Source: Candidatus Bathyarchaeia archaeon
Lineage (GTDB): Archaea > Thermoproteota > Bathyarchaeia > 40CM-2-53-6
Assembly (NCBI GenBank): GCA_049513715.1
Contig: JBEKVV010000001.1
Coordinates: 512,001 to 576,000, forward strand
Length of the DNA stretch: 64,000 nt
Reading direction: 5' to 3'
Below the pieces are notes generated by a model. That model saw only the letters and a list, made by a program, of their open reading frames with translations, was not told the origin of the DNA and made no database searches. Made by a program: the position numbers and the translations under genes. The number at the start of each line of letters is the position of its first letter. Position 1 is the first letter of the stretch. Shown here piece by piece: positions 29,819-39,055 of the stretch.

Positions 29819-31354
29819 TCACGCGCTTTTCGATCTCGAAGCCACCACGGTCAGCGCTTTCTCCTTGTCATCCTCCATCTGTTTGTGCAGCACGTCAAGC
29901 TTTGTTTTTGTTCGTTTCTTGTAATCCTCGTCTTTGATGGAAGCCATGTTTATGGCAACGTTCGAGGACGCGCCTTGCGCGCCTGCGTATGCTAAATGAA
30001 CCGCAGTCTGCAAATCTGAGAGGACGTTTTCGTTCGCGTATTCGCCTAGGGATTTCGCGAGAGCAAGAGCATTGGCTGCTTGTTCCATGGTTGTAAGAGG
30101 CACCTCCGCAGCACCCTTCAATCCCTTCTGAATTTCAGCGGATCTGGCATGTTTCTCTTCGTCGGTCTGCTTTGGCAAGCGATAAGCCTGCATCAGGCTG
30201 GCGAAGCTCTGCGAATCCTCATCGACCAAAGAAAGGAACCTCATCCTCAACGCCTCAGATTTCTCAAGCATCTCTTTCACATCCGGCCAGTGCTTCTCAT
30301 ACTCGGGCCGTTTGAGCGTCAACCGACAAACCATGCAGAGCAGGCTTGCGGCCAGCGAACCCGCATAAGCGGAGACGCTGCCCCCGCCTGGAACAGGTTT
30401 CTCGGAAGCCACATCACCCGCAAACGAGCTAAGATCCATCGAAACGAGCTTCTGGTCTTGTGGCCCTGTCAACTTGCGTTCGAGAATCTGGTCTTTGCTG
30501 AAACCATGCAGCCTAAGGTAGAACTCGGCCGTGTCGGTCAGCGCCTCGGTCGGCACTAATCCCACGATTTCGCTTTCTAGAACTTGAACGCCATTATGCT
30601 CGGCCAAGGTGTGTACCAGCTCGAATGCCTTGAACAGTTGACTTGCCTTGTAGTCCACCATGTTCATGGAAACCTGAACAATGCCTCGGTCCTTCAACTC
30701 GAAACCGAGCGCCTTGACGGCCATCAACCCGCCGTCCTTTGCGCGAACCTGCTTTGCAATTTGCTTCGCAACGTTCAGGTTGTTGGTCGCGAGGTTGATG
30801 TTGTACGCGATCAGAATCTGTCTGGCCCCAATGGCTGTGGCTCCGGCGGTTGGGTGTATGGTGTTGGGGCCAAAATCGGGTTTTCTGTCAGGGTTCTTCC
30901 CGATTTCCTCTCTTAACCCCTCGAACTCACCCTTTCTCACGTCTGCCAGGTTCCGCCGGTCTGGTCGGGTGGCTGCTTCTTCGTACAGGTACACGGGCAC
31001 CTTGAACCGTGAAGCGTATTCTTCAGCGAACTTCTTCGCCAATTCGACGCATTCACTCATTGTGACATCGGAGATTGGGATGAAGGGCACAACGTCTACG
31101 GCCCCCATTCTCGGGTGTTGGCCCTTGTGCTTGTTTAGGTCGATTAGCTCGATTGCCTTGGCGCTCACTGCCAACGCAGCTTCCTTGACAGGCTCCGGAC
31201 TTCCTGCAAATGTTAGGACGGATCGATTGTGGTCTGCGTCGGATTCAATGTCAAGCACCTTCACGTTCTTGGAGCGTGCCTCGGCAACTATTGCTTCAAT
31301 GACGTCTTTTCGTCTGCCTTCGCTGAAGTTTGGAACGCACTCGACGAGTTTCAA
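29819..31354 (-). CDS. ftcd: Glutamate formimidoyltransferase / formimidoyl-THF cyclodeaminase (bifunctional)
   Basis: LVECVPNFSEGR, DHNRSV, HPRMGAVDVVPF; C-terminal PVPGGGSVSA cyclodeaminase domain; start placed at TTG 31354. Confidence 0.93.
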   Translation of the reverse strand: MKLVECVPNFSEGRRKDVIEAIVAEARSKNVKVLDIESDADHNRSVLTFAGSPEPVKEAALAVSAKAIELIDLNKHKGQHPRMGAVDVVPFIPISDVTMSECVELAKKFAEEYASRFKVPVYLYEEAATRPDRRNLADVRKGEFEGLREEIGKNPDRKPDFGPNTIHPTAGATAIGARQILIAYNINLATNNLNVAKQIAKQVRAKDGGLMAVKALGFELKDRGIVQVSMNMVDYKASQLFKAFELVHTLAEHNGVQVLESEIVGLVPTEALTDTAEFYLRLHGFSKDQILERKLTGPQDQKLVSMDLSSFAGDVASEKPVPGGGSVSAYAGSLAASLLCMVCRLTLKRPEYEKHWPDVKEMLEKSEALRMRFLSLVDEDSQSFASLMQAYRLPKQTDEEKHARSAEIQKGLKGAAEVPLTTMEQAANALALAKSLGEYANENVLSDLQTAVHLAYAGAQGASSNVAINMASIKDEDYKKRTKTKLDVLHKQMEDDKEKALTVVASRSKSA

Positions 31355-31494
31355 AACTCTTCGGCTCGCATGATGATTCGCCAAGCCTAATTTGGTTTCG
31401 GTCGATTCCAGCAGGTGGTAGAATACGCATCAGGTGGTTGCTCTTAAAGCGCGGAACCGGCATACTTTCTGAGAAGGCTTGAGAGGCGATTGTT

Positions 31495-32388
31495 TTGGCC
31501 ATTAAGATAATGGATGGCCGTGTCGTCGCGAAGAAGGTTAAAGATCAGGTTAGGAACCAAGTTAATGTGCTGAAAGGTTCGAAGATTGAACCCACGCTCG
31601 CGACGATTTTAGTCGGGGAGAACGCAGGTTCGAAGGCGTATGTGAAGAACGAGAATGCTGCCTGTTCAGAAGTGGGTATAATCTCGAGAAACATCGACAT
31701 GCCCTCAAGCACATCCCCTGAGGAGTTGAGCCGAGTCATCCGGGGACTGAATGATGACCGCAGCGTCACCGGAATCCTGCTTCAGCTACCCCTCCCACGC
31801 GGAGTGGATGAGGTAAATGCGCTATCAACCATTGACCCAAGTAAGGACGTAGATGGCATGACCCCGACGAACCTTGGGCTGCTTGTGCAGAGGGCCGCGA
31901 AGTTCGTCCCATGTACGCCAAAGGGGGTCATGGTGCTGCTGAATTACTACCGGATAAGACTAGCAGGCCAACATGTGGTTCTCGTTAACCGTAGCAAACC
32001 TTTGGGGCGGCCCTTGTCGCAGCTCCTGCTCAACCAGGATGCTACGGTCACAATCTGCCACTCAAAGACGAACAATCTCAAGGAAATCTGCAGACAGGCT
32101 GACGTGCTGATAACTGGTATCGGGCATAGGGCTGAATTCAAAGTTGGGGCCGACATGATCAAGCCCGGAGCAGCAGTTGTAGACGTCGGCATCAGCAGCG
32201 TTAGCGGGAAATTGATGGGCGATGTGGATTTTGAAGCGGCCAGCCAGGTCGCCTCGTATGTAACCCCTGTCCCAGGTGGAGTCGGTCCAATGACGATCGC
32301 AGTGCTGCTCTACAATACCGTGCTCGCTGCATGCCTGCAAAACGGTGTCGAGATGCAATTCAACTTGGATCAGTTGGGGCCATCCTGA
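31495..32388 (+). CDS. folD: Methylenetetrahydrofolate dehydrogenase/cyclohydrolase
   Basis: KDVDG, PCTPKG, TPVPGGVGPMT. Confidence 0.95.
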   Translation: MAIKIMDGRVVAKKVKDQVRNQVNVLKGSKIEPTLATILVGENAGSKAYVKNENAACSEVGIISRNIDMPSSTSPEELSRVIRGLNDDRSVTGILLQLPLPRGVDEVNALSTIDPSKDVDGMTPTNLGLLVQRAAKFVPCTPKGVMVLLNYYRIRLAGQHVVLVNRSKPLGRPLSQLLLNQDATVTICHSKTNNLKEICRQADVLITGIGHRAEFKVGADMIKPGAAVVDVGISSVSGKLMGDVDFEAASQVASYVTPVPGGVGPMTIAVLLYNTVLAACLQNGVEMQFNLDQLGPS

Positions 32389-32453
32389 ATCATTATGAAC
32401 GCAGACGTGGGGGAGCCTCTGGGAGTAAATTGCCCTGGGGCAACTCAGGGCAG

Positions 32454-32753
32454 GGTGTCGGACGCCGAAATTTCAGGTGTCGGACACGTGTTTGTTTTGG
32501 CCTGGGATAGGGGAAGGGTGAGATCACCCGAGGGTGAGCTGACGTCACCTCTCTTCCTTGTCAGGGTGGTAGCCCCCCCTAGTAGGGGGGTACCGACCCG
32601 AGGGTGAGGTTCGCAGGATTGGACACACCCGATGTTTGGGTGTGGCTCTTTTCGTACAACCTCCGCGGGAACATGGAAAGCGAGAGCATCTAGAAGGGTT
32701 GTCAGACACAGGAAATTCAGGTGTCATACACCTATGCTGGGGTGTCATACACC
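32454..32753. repeat. Five imperfect 13-bp palindromes (consensus GGTGTCNGACACC)
   Basis: Copies at 32454, 32476, 32698, 32720, 32741; spacing 22, 22 and 21 bp within clusters. Confidence 0.75.
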
Positions 32754-32855
32754 CTCTACCTATCAACGTGATTCCGTAGGGAGAGTAAGTTGGCGCAGGT
32801 CAAGCGAGGGTTCACGATGAGGTACCATAGAGAGGTAGGTGGCCAAAGGCCAGTA

Positions 32856-32955
32856 TTCGTGTGTGTGGTACTATTGGTGCGAGCATCGTGATTTGAACCG
32901 CTGTTCGTCGGCGCCATATTTTGTGTGTGTGCACCAGCATACCCACACACACGAA
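32856..32955. repeat. 100-bp element with imperfect ~25-bp terminal inverted repeats (GTGTGTGTGG..TGGTGC family)
   Basis: TTCGTGTGTGTGGTACTATTGGTGC ... GCACCAGCATACCCACACACACGAA; related sequences at 60184-60246 and 61241-61340. Confidence 0.7.
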
Positions 32956-33005
32956 AGACTAATGATGACCCGTAACATGCAAAACATGCATGGTGTCTAG
33001 CCCTA

Positions 33006-33947
33006 ATGGAATTCAAAGTGCGACCTCTTAGGCAGGAGGATCTGAAGAACGCGGACCACATCATGCGTGTGGCCTTTGGAACGTTCCTTGGTCTTCCTGA
33101 TCCAGCAAACTTCGGAGAGGGCATGGACCACGTAGAGACTCGTTGGCTGGCAGATCCCAATGCGGCTTTTGGTGCCGAAGCAGATGGCGAACTTGTAGGT
33201 TCTAGCTTCGTCACAAGGTGGGGCAGCTTCGGGTTCCTCGGGCCAGTAACTGTGCGTCCAGATTTGTGGGACCGGGGCATTGCTAAACTCCTGCTCGACC
33301 CGACAATGGAGCTTTTCAACAAGTGGGGGGTCAGCCATACGGGCCTCTTTACCTTCGCTCACAGCCCAAAGCATCTAGGCTTGTACCAGAAGTTCGGGTT
33401 TTGGCCAAGATTTCTAACACCCATTATGTTGAAGCCAGTCAAGCTGACTCATGATTCCGACGGCTGGTCCAGATTTTCAGATGTACCTGATGTGGAGAAG
33501 GAAAGATGCTTGATGACTTGTCGAAGCTTGACCAGCTCAATATACGAAGGATTGGATTTGGAGCGAGAAATAGCGGCTGTTCGAAATCAGAGGCTTGGCG
33601 ACACCGTACTGTTGTGGGAAGGCGAAAAGCTTGTCGGCTTTGCTGTGTGCCATTGCGGGCCTGGGACTGAGGCTGGAAGAGATACGTGTTACATCAAGTT
33701 CGGAGCTGTTCGTGGGGGGTCTGGTGCGGAGAATCTCTTTGACAAGTTGCTGAATGCCTGTGAGGAACTAGCTTCGATGCGCGGAATGACGACTGTGATG
33801 GCGGGCGTCAATAGCGCTTGTCATAATGCGTATCGGAGAATGATTGCGCGAGGCTTTCGCATAGACTTTCAAGGGGTTACGATGCTAAGACCTAACGAGC
33901 CATCTTTTGATAGGCCCGATTGTTACGTTATGTGTGATTTGCGTTAG
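33006..33947 (+). CDS. Tandem GNAT acetyltransferase
   Basis: VRPDLWDRGIA, LYQKFGF; second GNAT-like domain. Confidence 0.85.
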   Translation: MEFKVRPLRQEDLKNADHIMRVAFGTFLGLPDPANFGEGMDHVETRWLADPNAAFGAEADGELVGSSFVTRWGSFGFLGPVTVRPDLWDRGIAKLLLDPTMELFNKWGVSHTGLFTFAHSPKHLGLYQKFGFWPRFLTPIMLKPVKLTHDSDGWSRFSDVPDVEKERCLMTCRSLTSSIYEGLDLEREIAAVRNQRLGDTVLLWEGEKLVGFAVCHCGPGTEAGRDTCYIKFGAVRGGSGAENLFDKLLNACEELASMRGMTTVMAGVNSACHNAYRRMIARGFRIDFQGVTMLRPNEPSFDRPDCYVMCDLR

Positions 33948-34213
33948 AAACATGTCTACGTATCAGCCCTTGGCACTGGACCGGGTCGTAGTGATTCGTC
34001 GCCCCGCTGCAAGTGCAGACGCAACTGCGAACTACTCCAAAGCCTAGCCGAACAGGTACTGGAGAGATGGGAGATTTGCCTGCTGGCTCGGATACCCCAG
34101 GTTCAGGTCATTTGAGCATCCTTTTTGTGACTGTCTTCATTGCCAACAGGCGGGCTAAATGAGCGGTGTTGAACGCAATGAGTGTTTTGGGTTTCTGTTG
34201 GAACTGATTTTCG

Positions 34214-35086
34214 TTAACGTTTTGCCTTCGATACAGCATACGCTGCAATTCTGTCTGCGGCGTTAACGCCCGTGGCAGCGAGTAACCCTCGAAAGCCTGG
34301 TGAGGCGTTGACTTCTATCACGTAAGGTTCACTCTCAACAGAGATCAAGTCTACCCCAGCAATCTCTACACCCACGGCCTGCGCTGCCTTGACGGCTGTT
34401 TCAGCCTCTACTTGGGTAGGTTTGTGGGGGATTCCGTGTCCGCCCATGTGAATATTGCTCCGCCACTCATGGGCTGCGGCCTTCCGTTTCATGGCTCCCA
34501 CAATCTCTCCTCCAGCGATGAAAACGCGGATGTCTTCGCCTGGATTCGGCAGGAACTTCTGGAGGCAGATCATCTGGTCTAATTCGGAAAGGGTGTCAAT
34601 AATGGGTCCAGCTTCCTTCACATCCCTGACCAGCATGACTCCGATTCCTTGGGTTCCGCTTAGCAGCTTCATAACGAGTGGTGGTGACAGGTACTCGGTG
34701 GGCTCCTCGTTCTTGTTCCGAGAGGCAATCAGTACACTCTCAGGAATCTTCACGTGAGCTGCATAAAGCGCCTGCAAGGCGAGGTACTTGTTCCTCGCCG
34801 TCAAAAGGCCCTCCTTTGAGAGGGTCGAGGGTATGCCCATCAGTTCGAAATGCTTGAGCAACATCACGCCCAATTGCGTTAGACTGCGGCCTATTCGCGG
34901 AATCACAACGTCGATGAGTGAGAGGGATTTCTTTTCGTAGATGGCGTCAACCTTTGCCCCTTCCAAGGTCAAGTGAACTTCTGGCGTTTTGACGTAAACG
35001 GGCTCGACGCCTTTTTCTCTAAGGGCCCGCGTGATCTCCGATGTTGCCCAGAACTCTTGATTTCGAGAGAGTACCCCAATTTTCAT
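34214..35086 (-). CDS. RimK-family ATP-grasp alpha-L-glutamate ligase
   Basis: GTQGIGV, DIRVF, WRSNIHMGG, VIEVNASPG. Confidence 0.9.
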   Translation of the reverse strand: MKIGVLSRNQEFWATSEITRALREKGVEPVYVKTPEVHLTLEGAKVDAIYEKKSLSLIDVVIPRIGRSLTQLGVMLLKHFELMGIPSTLSKEGLLTARNKYLALQALYAAHVKIPESVLIASRNKNEEPTEYLSPPLVMKLLSGTQGIGVMLVRDVKEAGPIIDTLSELDQMICLQKFLPNPGEDIRVFIAGGEIVGAMKRKAAAHEWRSNIHMGGHGIPHKPTQVEAETAVKAAQAVGVEIAGVDLISVESEPYVIEVNASPGFRGLLAATGVNAADRIAAYAVSKAKR

Positions 35087-35152
35087 AAGTTTTGCCCCCG
35101 GTCAACGGCGCTTAATACTTGGACTGTTGATAAACGATGCGCAGTGGTGGCC

Positions 35153-35545
35153 ATGAAGACCAAGGAACCAATCTTCATCGGACCCGTCGAATACGTAAAG
35201 GTGATCGGCCACCACGGCGAGGCGCGGGTCAAAGGTAAAGTCGACACTGGAGCAAGCAGAACTTCAGTTGATGTCTGGCTTGCAGCTAACATAGGCCTCG
35301 GGCCAACTGTTGATGTGGCCAAAGTGAAGTCCGCCTTCTTAGACGAAGTCCGAACAAGGCCGCTGGTTCGAGGAATAGTTGAAATCGCCGGCGTCAGGTT
35401 CACGCTTCCTGTAACTGTCAATGACCGATCGGACATGCGCTACCCCGTGCTCATCGGGATGGACATTCTCAAGTCGGGACGCTTCTTGATTGACCCCACA
35501 AAGAGGCCTCCACCAAAATATCGGCCGGGGGGCAAACCAAAGTAG
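35153..35545 (+). CDS. RimK-associated retropepsin-like protease (RimB-like)
   Basis: KVDTGASRTS, RPLV, DRSDMRYPVLIG; start ATG 35153. Confidence 0.8.
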   Translation: MKTKEPIFIGPVEYVKVIGHHGEARVKGKVDTGASRTSVDVWLAANIGLGPTVDVAKVKSAFLDEVRTRPLVRGIVEIAGVRFTLPVTVNDRSDMRYPVLIGMDILKSGRFLIDPTKRPPPKYRPGGKPK

Positions 35546-35610
35546 AAGTAAGACCGCTGCTGAGACCGGGATGAAGCATTTTTCAATGCCAACGCAATAA
35601 GACAAGCGGG

Positions 35611-36555
35611 TTGAATGCCGAGTTGTTCGCAGGCCGCGATTTTATCTCAATGGCTGACCTTAGCGGCGAAGAAATCCAATCCCTCTTGGAGCTTGCAGTG
35701 AAACTGAAGTCTGATGCCAAGCAGGGTAAAATTTCGCCGGTATTGTCTGGCAAGGTTATTGGTCTCCTGTTTGAGAAAGCTTCAACCAGAACTAGGGCAA
35801 GCTTCGAGACCGCAATCTACCAATTGGGAGGCCAGGCGATGTACCTTAGGGCCGACGAGCTTCAGCTGGCACGCGGCGAGCCGTTGAAAGACACAGCCCG
35901 CATCCTAGGAGCTTATCTCAACGGCCTCATTATCAGAACTTACGCTCACCAGAACCTCCTTGAAATCGCCGAATACTCACCCGTCCCAATCATCAACGCG
36001 CTCAGCGACTCGGAGCATCCCACCCAGATTGTGGCCGACCTGCTGACCGTTCTCGAATCGAAAGGCAAACTTGCAGGTCTGAAGCTCGTTTGGGTCGGTG
36101 ACGGAAACAACGTATGCAACTCGTGGCTCCTCGGCGGCGCAAGCATGGGAATGCACGTAACGGTTTCGTGCCCGAAAGGATTCGAACCTGACAAAGCAGT
36201 GTTTAAGAAATCTGAAAAGCTCGCAGAAAATTCCGGGGGAGTCGTTGAAATCGTTCGGGATCCAAGAAAGGCCGTTGCGGGCGCTGATGTGCTCTACACA
36301 GACGTTTGGGTCAGTATGGGCCAAGAGAAGGGCGCGAAGAAGAAGGAACTGAAGTTCAAGCCTTACCAAATCAACGATAAGCTCGTTTCTAGGGCTAAAG
36401 AAGATTGCGCGGTGATGCATTGCCTTCCAGCGCATAGAGGCTTGGAGATTACTGATGAGGTGCTTGAGGGCCCGAAGAGCATCGTTTGGAAGCAAGCAGA
36501 GAACAAGTTACATGGCGCTAGGGCGGTCTTAGCTGCCTTTTTTAGCGTCTCCTAG
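35611..36555 (+). CDS. argF: Ornithine carbamoyltransferase
   Basis: STRTR, HPTQ, DVWVSMG, HCLP. Confidence 0.95.
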   Translation: MNAELFAGRDFISMADLSGEEIQSLLELAVKLKSDAKQGKISPVLSGKVIGLLFEKASTRTRASFETAIYQLGGQAMYLRADELQLARGEPLKDTARILGAYLNGLIIRTYAHQNLLEIAEYSPVPIINALSDSEHPTQIVADLLTVLESKGKLAGLKLVWVGDGNNVCNSWLLGGASMGMHVTVSCPKGFEPDKAVFKKSEKLAENSGGVVEIVRDPRKAVAGADVLYTDVWVSMGQEKGAKKKELKFKPYQINDKLVSRAKEDCAVMHCLPAHRGLEITDEVLEGPKSIVWKQAENKLHGARAVLAAFFSVS

Positions 36556-36981
36556 GCCCGCTTTCGTCGGGGGATTTTCCAAGTACGCATGGGCTCTCTG
36601 CAGTGTATCCTTGGCATTCTTGTAGGTCAACCTCTCGGTCGCCCTTTCATACGTTAGCCAGTCAAAACCCACATGTTCTCTTGACAGGCGGACGGGACTG
36701 GTTTTGGTTTCAACGAGGTAGAAGATCACTTCCTTGTACACGATCTGGCCGGCGCGTCTGTAATAGTAGCTGATGGGTTGTCTGTAGCCCTCGATGAAAG
36801 TTAGGTCTGTTAGTCCAGTTTCCTCCTCGGTTTCTCTGCGAACGGTATCCGTCTCTGTTTCGTTTGGTTCCACATGCCCCTTAACGAAGTCCCAGTGCCC
36901 GCCCTCATAGTGTAAGAGTAGGTACTTGCGGTTCCCGTTTCGCTTGAAGATCACAGCTCCACATGACTTTTCCGCCGGCAT
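36529..36981 (-). CDS. NUDIX hydrolase, Ap4A hydrolase-like
   Basis: HWDFVKGHVEPNE..RRETEEETG Nudix box. Confidence 0.88.
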   Translation of the reverse strand: MPAEKSCGAVIFKRNGNRKYLLLHYEGGHWDFVKGHVEPNETETDTVRRETEEETGLTDLTFIEGYRQPISYYYRRAGQIVYKEVIFYLVETKTSPVRLSREHVGFDWLTYERATERLTYKNAKDTLQRAHAYLENPPTKAGLGDAKKGS

Positions 36982-37073
36982 TTTGTTGCTCTTGAATAAC
37001 CGTGAATAGGTTAGCGCCCAGTGAACCTTTGTTCTACCTTAATTTGTTTGCCTTGACTTGTGAAAACTCAAGT

Positions 37074-38015
37074 CTACATTGCAGAAGAGAGCAGAAATGC
37101 AAGGGCCGCGCCTAATAGTGGAGCCAGGGTCCAACCGAGAATAATCTCCCGTGTCAGCCTACCATTTCTGACTACGATTTTTCTCGGAATCGCAGCACCG
37201 AACACTCCCCCCACAACTGCCTGGGACACCGATACAGGTATGCCAAATTCAGTGAATCCGTGAACCGTAATGGCGCCCCCCAGCTGTGCTGCGAATGAGG
37301 CTGAAGGACTGAGGCCCACGATGTTCTCAGCCACGCTTCGCGTAGTTCCTTTGCTGAATAGAATCATTCCGATAATTGTCGCAACAGCAAAGGCGACCGA
37401 GACAACAGGACGATTTATTGTTGGTCCCGCAACCATACCGATTAGTAGCCCAACCGTATTCGCGCCGAGGACATAGGATGCATAGACACCACTGAATATT
37501 GTCAGATAAGCGTAGAAGCGGTTCATCGTGAAAACCCTCCTCATCCTCTTCGCAAGTGATTTGGTCATTAGCGATAGCAGCATGGAGATTACTAGCCCTA
37601 GGAACGGTGTGAGCAGCCAAGAAGATCCGACGATCAACGTGTACCGCCAGTCCACAGCGATTCCACCAGCCAAGGCAGACCCGATTGCAGCTCCTACAGC
37701 AACCTGTGAAAGGCTGATTGGCAACTTCCGGTAAGTCAGAAACGCCATTATTATGAAAGTTGAAATTGCGACCGCCAATGCGAAATGTGAATCTGCGGTC
37801 GCAACTATCCCCGAACCTATTGCCCTCGACAGCTTACTGCCTTCCAGGAGGACGCCTGCCAAAAGCCCTAGAGATGCAAGCGCAAGGGCTTGCGGGTATC
37901 TCAAAGCCCGGGCGCCCATTGAAGTGCCAATACAGGATGACAAGTTGTTGGCCCCCAGAATAACGCACAACGCAAGCCCTGGTAGTAGATCAATGTAGGC
38001 TGTTAGCTCAGGCAA
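37074..38015 (-). CDS. PiT-family inorganic phosphate transporter
   Basis: GANN / GANT repeats, PISLSQ / PVSVSQ motifs. Confidence 0.85.
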   Translation of the reverse strand: MPELTAYIDLLPGLALCVILGANNLSSCIGTSMGARALRYPQALALASLGLLAGVLLEGSKLSRAIGSGIVATADSHFALAVAISTFIIMAFLTYRKLPISLSQVAVGAAIGSALAGGIAVDWRYTLIVGSSWLLTPFLGLVISMLLSLMTKSLAKRMRRVFTMNRFYAYLTIFSGVYASYVLGANTVGLLIGMVAGPTINRPVVSVAFAVATIIGMILFSKGTTRSVAENIVGLSPSASFAAQLGGAITVHGFTEFGIPVSVSQAVVGGVFGAAIPRKIVVRNGRLTREIILGWTLAPLLGAALAFLLSSAM

Positions 38016-38073
38016 TTGCGCACTCTGCTGTTTGGAAGAGTCGGACGGCGTTACGTTAATGCGCTCAGTGCAC

Positions 38074-38250
38074 TCAAACTTTTCCGGCGATCTGATCGGC
38101 TTTCTGTTTGAGATCGGTTGATCTGTTCATGACACCGTGCTGCTCACAATAGTACAGGGCTTCTTGTTTGCGAGACGTCTCTGTGGGAGGAGAGTTCGAA
38201 GAGCTCTCGCTCATTTGAGTCATCCCTTTACCGCAGAGAGGACATTTCAT
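38074..38250 (-). CDS. Small zinc-finger protein (58 aa, not in ORF track)
   Basis: MKCPLCGKGM...LYYCEQHGV: CxxC + CxxH. Confidence 0.65.
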   Translation of the reverse strand: MKCPLCGKGMTQMSESSSNSPPTETSRKQEALYYCEQHGVMNRSTDLKQKADQIAGKV

Positions 38251-38350
38251 GGCTCGAACCCACCTTTTTCATAGCTCTTGAGTGCCAAAGTGAGGGATAG
38301 TTGATGGCTAAAAGCCTTTAATTCAGTTCTCTTACTGCCTATCGTGAGAG

Positions 38351-39037
38351 CTAGGCCTCTGCTTTTGCTACGAGGGAGATTACAAGGTCCGAAGCGTCCT
38401 CCGCGGCGTCCCCAATTTCGTCGAGTTTCAGGACAAAATCACGCAGCTGCAAAAGCGTCAGAACTTCTAAGTCAGATTTGTGCGCAAAGATTTTCTTGAT
38501 TAATTCGCTCTTTATTTCGTCAGCGTCCTCCTCGGCACGCTCCACCAGGAGCGCCTTGCTAACCGCAATCTCAGAATCCGTTTCCAAGCTGAGTATGGCT
38601 TCTCCAAGAAGCCTGACGGCTGATTCGAGTTTTGTGAACAGGTCGGGCAATGTAGCTGGTTGTTCGTACAGTATGAGGAATGAGTGCATGTCTATTGGCG
38701 AGTCAGCCAAGATCCTTGCAGCGTTTTGGGCGGCGTCTGCGACATTATCGTTTAGCTCCATGAGCTCAATGAAATCCTCTCGTGTTCCAGAAAAAAAGGC
38801 GCCTTGAGAGATGTCCAAGACCGCGTCACGATGCAGACCATCTGCTAAGGTCTCGAACTCCCCAACCTTGTCGGCAACTTCATTCACTAGGGTCCAATCC
38901 CCGGTCTTCGCGTACTCGAACAATGGTTCAAGTTGTTGAACAGTTTTGACGACGATAATGAGGTGGTCTGATATGAGGTTCAGAACTCGCCTTTCCTTTC
39001 TCCCAACAAGGTGGAAGCGTCCGAAGAGTGATTTCAT
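38351..39037 (-). CDS. DUF47 / PhoU-like phosphate transport regulator
   Basis: E..AD repeats, REDF, DEIGDAAED; near the PiT gene. Confidence 0.85.
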   Translation of the reverse strand: MKSLFGRFHLVGRKERRVLNLISDHLIIVVKTVQQLEPLFEYAKTGDWTLVNEVADKVGEFETLADGLHRDAVLDISQGAFFSGTREDFIELMELNDNVADAAQNAARILADSPIDMHSFLILYEQPATLPDLFTKLESAVRLLGEAILSLETDSEIAVSKALLVERAEEDADEIKSELIKKIFAHKSDLEVLTLLQLRDFVLKLDEIGDAAEDASDLVISLVAKAEA

Positions 39038-39055
39038 TGGGATACCTGATTCTGG

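Noticed and set aside
30080..31373. Long antisense ORFs over ftcd (likewise over asnS, trm1, nop5 and the BamHI-like gene)
   Set aside because: Shadow frames of well-supported genes with no recognisable motifs
32454..32753. CRISPR array
   Set aside because: Repeats are only 13 bp with 8-9-bp spacers, and there are no cas genes in the window
32395..33005. RNase P RNA, SRP RNA or replication origin
   Set aside because: I could not find GAGGAAAGTCC or CR-V motifs, the SRP helix-8 motif, or ORB-like TCCA..GAAAC boxes on either strand, and no cdc6 gene is nearby
32962..33005. C/D box sRNA (ATGATGA box C)
   Set aside because: No correctly spaced CTGA box D before the next gene
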